Positions 58,406 to 64,000 of a stretch of DNA of 64,000 nt are shown one piece after another (within the stretch, counting starts at the first letter, position 1; each line of letters begins with the position of its first letter). Source of the stretch: Macrostomum lignano (lineage: Eukaryota); assembly GCA_002269645.1 (NCBI GenBank), contig NIVC01000199.1, positions 310,001 through 374,000 on the forward strand. The letters are read 5' to 3'. The notes under the pieces were generated by a model. That model had not been told where the DNA came from, made no database searches, and saw only the letters and a list, made by a program, of their open reading frames with translations. The translations under genes were made by a program, and so were the position numbers.

Positions 58406-60004
58406 ATGAGAAATGACACACTGTCACACTACGAAAGAATTCCTACAGAGGCCGATCCTCTCATCCGGGAGCGCACGGTTGAAATCTCATCCTCATCCGC
58501 GTCATCGCAAATAAATGCCACCACGGCGGTCCCTGTCGACCCGGATACGGACGACTCGTTGAATCATTCCAATGAGGAAGTGATTCAACCGGCGCGAAAA
58601 TGGATTGTCGAACCGGCCGCTCTGATGTTCGCCGCGGCCATGCTCAGTCAGGTGTCTGTGATAACGCAGTACCTCTACTATCGAGTTGGCCAGCAGTTCA
58701 ACGAGACGGTCAACTCAACCCGGGCATTCGTCTGCGACAGTCACTCCTTGGCCAACTCCAGCGAGCACCAGTTGATTAATCGCATTCAAGACGAGGCCAG
58801 TCAGTGGACGTTGTACCGCATGACAACCTCCGGAATCGTGGCGCTACTCGTTCTGCCACTGTTTGCTTCCGCATCTGACTACATGGGGCGTTGGCCTGCG
58901 CTTCTGCTGCCGTGTATCGGGCTGGCAGTAGACTCTGTCGGCTTGCTACTGATACTGCTGTTCGACTTGCCGCTGTACTTTCTGCTGATCTCAGCTGGAC
59001 TAGGAGCTCTTGGCGGCGGCTTTGGAGCCCTGTTCGCCGCAATGTTTGCCTATCTGGCCGATACAACAAGTCGCAAAGACCGACCAATGCGGGTAGCCAT
59101 CGTCGAGGGCACATTCGGGTTGGCTGGTGTTGTTATCGAGCTGATGGTTGGCTGGTGGATGCGCCTCTCCGGCTACCTGCCTCCGATAATTTTCAGCTTC
59201 GCGCTAACCATGGCCAACCTTTTGTATGTCGTTTGCTTTGTGCCGGAGGTGCGACCTGCACGGCTGCAGCGGAAATTCTCTGGCCCTTCTTTAGTCACTA
59301 ACGGCGGCGGCGATGAGAAGCGAATCTCGAACAAGTTCAGAAGACTTCTGAGGGCTCTGCTTCTGCCCTACAGCAACATCGCTGGCCTGTTCCGTATCAA
59401 TACTCGTCTGTCCTTGACGCTGGCTCTACTATTCGCCTCCGTTTGCATCTACAGCGCAAGCTTCATTGGCTCGTCAGTAGTTAGCAGCCTCTACCAAATG
59501 AACTACCCGTTCTGCCTTGACTCCGTGTTCATTGGCTATTTGAACGCGGCGAAAATTGTCGGCTTCCAAATCGGTGTAGCGGTCGGCCTGCTCATTATTC
59601 GACGCTATTGCCGAGTGAAAACTCTCGGCTTGAGCATTCTAGGCCTGATTTCGGCCACGATCGGCTTTTTAGCAACCGGGGTCGCTCCGAGCACACCAGC
59701 CCTGTTTGCGGCCGCTGCAATGGGTCTGTTCTCTATGCTGCCATTGCCAATGCTGCGCGCTTACGCCTCTCAGGTGTCCCCGCCGAACCGTCAGGGCGCT
59801 CTGTTCAGCTGCATCGGCGTCCTGGAGGTGACAGGCAGTCTGATGGGTTCAGCTTGCTTTACCCTGCTGTACGGAGCAACTCAGCAGTGGCTCTCTGGCT
59901 TCGTCTACCTTGCTGTTGCCAGCTCAAGCTTCTTAGCTCTGCTGCTCACCATTGGCTGCTGTCTGTCAAACTGCAGCTGTCCGTGCAGGCGGAGTTCCTT
60001 GTGA
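58406..60004 (+). CDS. MFS transporter, SLC46A (PCFT/HCP1-like) family, intronless, 532 aa
   Basis: IVEPAALM, ASDYMGR (loop 2-3 MFS motif), FAYLADTT...R.AIVEG, PMLRAYAS..SP...QGALF..I...E; ~12 hydrophobic segments. Confidence 0.85.
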   Translation: MRNDTLSHYERIPTEADPLIRERTVEISSSSASSQINATTAVPVDPDTDDSLNHSNEEVIQPARKWIVEPAALMFAAAMLSQVSVITQYLYYRVGQQFNETVNSTRAFVCDSHSLANSSEHQLINRIQDEASQWTLYRMTTSGIVALLVLPLFASASDYMGRWPALLLPCIGLAVDSVGLLLILLFDLPLYFLLISAGLGALGGGFGALFAAMFAYLADTTSRKDRPMRVAIVEGTFGLAGVVIELMVGWWMRLSGYLPPIIFSFALTMANLLYVVCFVPEVRPARLQRKFSGPSLVTNGGGDEKRISNKFRRLLRALLLPYSNIAGLFRINTRLSLTLALLFASVCIYSASFIGSSVVSSLYQMNYPFCLDSVFIGYLNAAKIVGFQIGVAVGLLIIRRYCRVKTLGLSILGLISATIGFLATGVAPSTPALFAAAAMGLFSMLPLPMLRAYASQVSPPNRQGALFSCIGVLEVTGSLMGSACFTLLYGATQQWLSGFVYLAVASSSFLALLLTIGCCLSNCSCPCRRSSL

Positions 60005-60146
60005 TTGGCTAGGGATGGAAAATTGAAAACTAAAACAAGACAGCTAGATAATGCGTCGTATAAAATAAATCACATGCAAACCTTAAAACTTTAAAAGATC
60101 TTTCTCTCGGATACTCGTATTGTGTTGATATTATATTGCATTGCAT

Positions 60147-60787
60147 GGCTACCGGACATTTGCCCTCCGGCATTTGCCCTGCGGACATTTGCCCTCCGGC
60201 ATTTCCCCTCCGGACATTTGCCCTCGAGGACATTTGCCCTCGGGGACATTTGCCCTCCGGACATTTGCCCTCCGGACATTTGCCCTCCGGACATTTGCCC
60301 TCGGGGACATTTGCCCTCGGGGACATTTCCCCTCCGGACATTTGCCCTCCGGACATTTCCCCTCTGGAAAAATACAGGTAAGGCTGGAGATAGGGTAGGG
60401 CGCGGGTATATATTGCTTACTAGAAAAGGATGAGTTGTTGGCTGGAGAAGAACCTGATGGATGCAAGAGGCGGGAGGATGAGGTTGGTGCTGGAGGAACG
60501 ACGGGTGGGTACAGGAGGAGGTGAGGTGAGTAATGTGCGAGGGGGTAAATTTGCAGAGGGCAAATGTGCGGAGGGGAAATGTCCGGAGGGCAAATGTCCG
60601 GAGGGCAAATGTCCGGAGGGCAAATGTCCCCGAGGGCAAATGTCCCCGAGGGGAAATGTCCGGAGGGCAAATGTCCGGAGGGGAAATGTCCCGGAGGGCA
60701 AATGTCCGGAGGGCAAACGCCGCCGAGGGGAAGTGCCGGAGGGCAAGTGCCGGAGGGGAAGTGCCGGAGGGCAAATGTCCGGAAGCG
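60147..60787. mobile_element. Foldback/Mutator-like non-autonomous element; arms built from inverted arrays of CGGACATTTGCCCTC; 9-10-bp TSD
   Basis: Left arm 60147-60362 and inverted right arm ~60555-60787; flanking direct repeat GCATTGCATG at 60138-60147 and 60788-60797. Confidence 0.8.
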
Positions 60788-61019
60788 GCATTGCATGTTT
60801 CCATTTTGACGCCTTCCAGTAATATTATGTAATTTTATTCTACACTTTAAATGAAGATTACCTTCTGATATTTTATTACACCTATAACTGTATTTTAATA
60901 TACAATTTTTGCAACGGAGCTTAAAATGCGACACTTGATGATTCATGTTGTTTAATACCGAAGGCGCACGCGGTAATTTTAATTGGAACGGCTACAGTAG
61001 CCCTCTTTAGTGTCTTGAC

Positions 61020-61145
61020 AGGCGCCCCTGTCTCTTGGCCGGCGCCCCTGTCTCTTAAGGGGGGGGGATCCTGTCTCTCGGTCAGCGCTCGATCCTGTCT
61101 CTTGGTCAGCGCTCCTGTCTCTTGGTCAGCGCTCCTGTCTCTTGG
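61020..61145 (+). repeat. Short degenerate ~20-bp tandem repeat GCGCTCCTGTCTCTTGGTCA
   Basis: About six CTGTCTCT-containing units. Confidence 0.8.
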
Positions 61146-61579
61146 TGGACGCCCTTATCTTCCCCATGTCGAACAGGTGGCAAAAGTTGAGCATCCTTCA
61201 TTCATCGAGCTTACATGGTTACCTATAGCTGTCATTTAGATTCTGGAGATGCGCAATTTTTGTGGGGCGATTTTTTTTTGGGGGGGGGTGGTTCCCCTGG
61301 CCCCAACACCAACAGTATGAAAAAAAAATCATTCGAAAGCCGAAAATACCGTCTTGTTTTCTTAACAGTTGTATTTCGCAAAGATCTTTTTGCATAGCGC
61401 TTCACAGGCTTTCGTCAGAAATCAATACAGGCAAAATAAAAGTCCGTGTTGCTTTTGCTGCTAAACGACAGCAAAGAGTTGCGTTTTATTTTGTTATAAT
61501 CGTCAGCATGATCAGCCAACATTCAGTTACACTTCGCATTTAAAATTCACTGGAAGATGGCAGTTTAGAAGGTACAGTC

Positions 61580-63507
61580 TTACTTTGGTACAGGAACTCC
61601 TGTAGTATAGATGAAGTTTCTCCAGTGCCCGCCGCAGCTCTGGCGTCGGTCACCACTGCAGCCAATATTGCAGTCGGAGTCTTTGGCTATGCCGTGCTTA
61701 CCCAATGAATTTCCACAGAAGCACCATTCAGATGCTTGCACTCCGGCGTACATGAATCCTTTCGATGCGCACAGATTCAGACAGAAACCCGGCGTGTTAA
61801 CATTGCTTCTGTGTTCAATTGGCAGGTCTCGGTTTCTCGAGTCGATGAAACAGCCGAGTCCCTTTAGAACTGTAATTAATGCACAGTTCAAATTGCGACT
61901 ATTTACCAAATTTAGTCTTGAGAAGATTCTTTTCTCAAAGTTGCACAAAGTTTGAATTTTTCTGAGTCATTGTCTGGAATCCACCATGCAAAAGCGGTGG
62001 TGCGCCAGCAAAGATGACTTAACAACTCTGTACGTCGTCTTATTTATCCTTTTCTATCAACTTTTATGGTCTTCCGTACATCTCCTGTAGTTATCCTGCA
62101 TGCCATCATCAATGTTGACAATTAACTTGGAACTCCTGTAGTATAGATGAAGTTTCTCCAGTGCCCGCCGCAGCTCTGGCGTCGGTCACCACTGCAGCCA
62201 ATATTGCAGTCGGAGTCTTTGGCTATGCCGTGCTTACCCAATGAATTTCCACAGAAGCACCATTCAGATGCTTGCACTCCGGCGTACATGAATCCTTTCG
62301 ATGCGCACAGATTCAGACAGAAACCCGGCGTGTTAACATTGCTTCTGTGTTCAATTGGCAGGTCTCGGTTTCTCGAGTCGATGAAACAGCCGAGTCCCTT
62401 TAGAACTGTAATTAATGCACAGTTCAAATTGCGACTATTTACCAAATTTAGTCTTGAGAAGATTCTTTTCTCAAAGTTGCACAAAGTTTGAATTTTTCTG
62501 AGTCATTGTCTGGAATCCACCATGCAAAAGCGGTGGTGCGCCAGCAAAGATGACTTAACAACTCTGTACGTCGTCTTATTTATCCTTTTCTATCAACTTT
62601 TATGGTCTTCCGTACATCTCCTGTAGTTATCACTGCATGCCATCATCAATGTTGACAATTAACTTGGTATATGGACTAATTAATTGATAATTAATAGCTT
62701 ACCGAGTTTTCGACGTACTGTCGAATATATTTCGGTTCTTTGGGTGCCACCACAGCTCCTGCTGCTGTCTCCGCTGCACTTCGTATTGCATTCAGAATCG
62801 TCTACTTGGACGTGCTTTGTGAAAGAGTTGCCACAGAAGCACCAAGAACCCTTTTGTACGCCGGCATATAGGTATCCATGTTCCTTACAGTGCCTCTTAC
62901 AGTGTTCCGGTGCATTTCCCTTGCTTCCCCGTCGAAAAGGCAGGTCCCGACTTTTAGAGACCTCTTTGAAACAGCCAATTCGTTCTGGGTCTGCAAAAAA
63001 CACGCGAGTACATGCTGTGTAATGTTAACTTTGGAAAAAAACTCTTCATTGTTTGAGGTGCTGCAGTAGCAACGAGTGTTGCAATATGTGCAGAGGCGTG
63101 TACATGTACGCTCAAAATAAGATGATGCAGTAACTAACGTATTGCAACCAGAAGGCAAAAAAGCATCAAAAAATGATGCAAAGTAATTTCTTACCTGCTT
63201 TCGGGGGTTTGCTTTCGGCCTTTGGAGGTTTGCTTTCGGCTTTCGGGGGTTTGCTTTCGGCTTTCGGGGGTTTGCTTTCGGCTTTCGGGGGTTTGCTTTC
63301 GGCCTTTGGAGGTTTGCTTTCGGCTTTCGGGGGTTTGCTTTCGGCTTTCGGGGGTTTGCTTTCGGCTTTCGGGGGTTTGCTTTCGGCTTCCGAGCGTTTG
63401 CTTACTACTTTGTGAACACTGCGCTTCAGACTATGTTCACTGCTGGTGGCCACTGGGCTGCAGAAGACACTCAGCGCGATGACTAGCAGAACCAAAGCTA
63501 TCCTCAT
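61580..63507 (-). CDS. Secreted WSC-domain protein: signal peptide, (AESKPPK)x9, up to three WSC domains; exons 63507-63195, 62990-62703, 62405-62127, 61869-61580
   Basis: MRIALVLLVIALSVFC signal peptide; WSC consensus GCF...C...C...G..YAGVQ...WCFCGN......C...CSG.....CGG; phase-1 splice sites. Confidence 0.85.
61593..62667. repeat. Near-identical ~536-bp tandem duplication containing a WSC exon
   Basis: 61593-62130 matches 62129-62667; I noticed only a 1-bp indel by eye. Confidence 0.93.
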
Positions 63508-64000
63508 TATACACTTTGCTATGATTAGGCTTAACAGAGACAATAGAAACCTAAGAGAAGTCTGAGCTGTAAATGGTTGCGAGGAGTTACTGAATTGCTG
63601 AAAAGGAACCGAGCTCTCAAATAGCACTGCAATTTATAGCCTTTTGCGTCGAGCTGCCACGTGGAAGGTAGGGAAAATGTCAATTTAATTTAATAGGAAT
63701 GCGAATTGCTGGAAATGCTGCGCGATTCTCTGCCTTCGAGCAAAGGAATTTATCAAAAAATATTCAAAAAAGTAATTTAAGTTTGTGTAACTTTCTCTAA
63801 CAGCGGAACATGTCGCTTTGGTGGCTTAACATTTTTTTGAATTAAAAAATTGGTTTGGAAGTAGCTATTCGAAATTTAGGAATTTCAACTTGCCGATACT
63901 AAAAATAAGTTGTCTCTGTGTAAGTACGTCTGTTTATTTAGTGCTGCCGATAATATTGTTTGAAACAATTAAGGTGAACACTTCAGATGCAAGCAGTCCA

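Noticed and set aside
60030-60946. EGKCP / MSGGQ repeat proteins
   Set aside because: Translations of the foldback element arms.
44650-63390. Relationship between MKAESAK (44.6 kb) and AESKPPK (63.2 kb) 21-bp repeats
   Set aside because: Only a short GCTTTC/AES overlap on opposite strands; consistent with chance.

Overview
Eukaryotic (metazoan) genomic DNA with spliceosomal GT-AG introns, GC-rich exons and minisatellite-filled introns. An interstitial (TTAGGG)n tract is present. The overall texture resembles a free-living flatworm such as Macrostomum, but that is an inference. Genes: (1) the 3' 14 exons of a Dicer gene on + (about 652-29236), with all internal splice phases consistent, intact RNase III catalytic motifs and degenerate helicase motifs; (2) an orphan acidic ORF; (3) a cytosolic aconitase/IRP1 (ACO1) gene on - (46004-32229) missing its central ~365 codons, which are replaced by an intronless EcKL-type kinase gene plus a 1.4-kb (GACT)n tract; (4) intronless THAP, TRPV-like, AGMO and SLC46-like genes; (5) a low-confidence gene with an (EAAQA)n repeat; (6) a secreted WSC-domain gene with a recent exon duplication. 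Mobile DNA: three copies of one tRNA-derived CORE-like SINE, two hAT-like MITEs and a foldback/Mutator-like element. Most notable: a 12.7-kb 19-bp satellite in a Dicer intron is the amplified A-box head of the SINE, and two inverted SINE copies bracket a frame-shifting Dicer helicase exon. Exon and element boundaries were read by hand; repeat-array edges are approximate.
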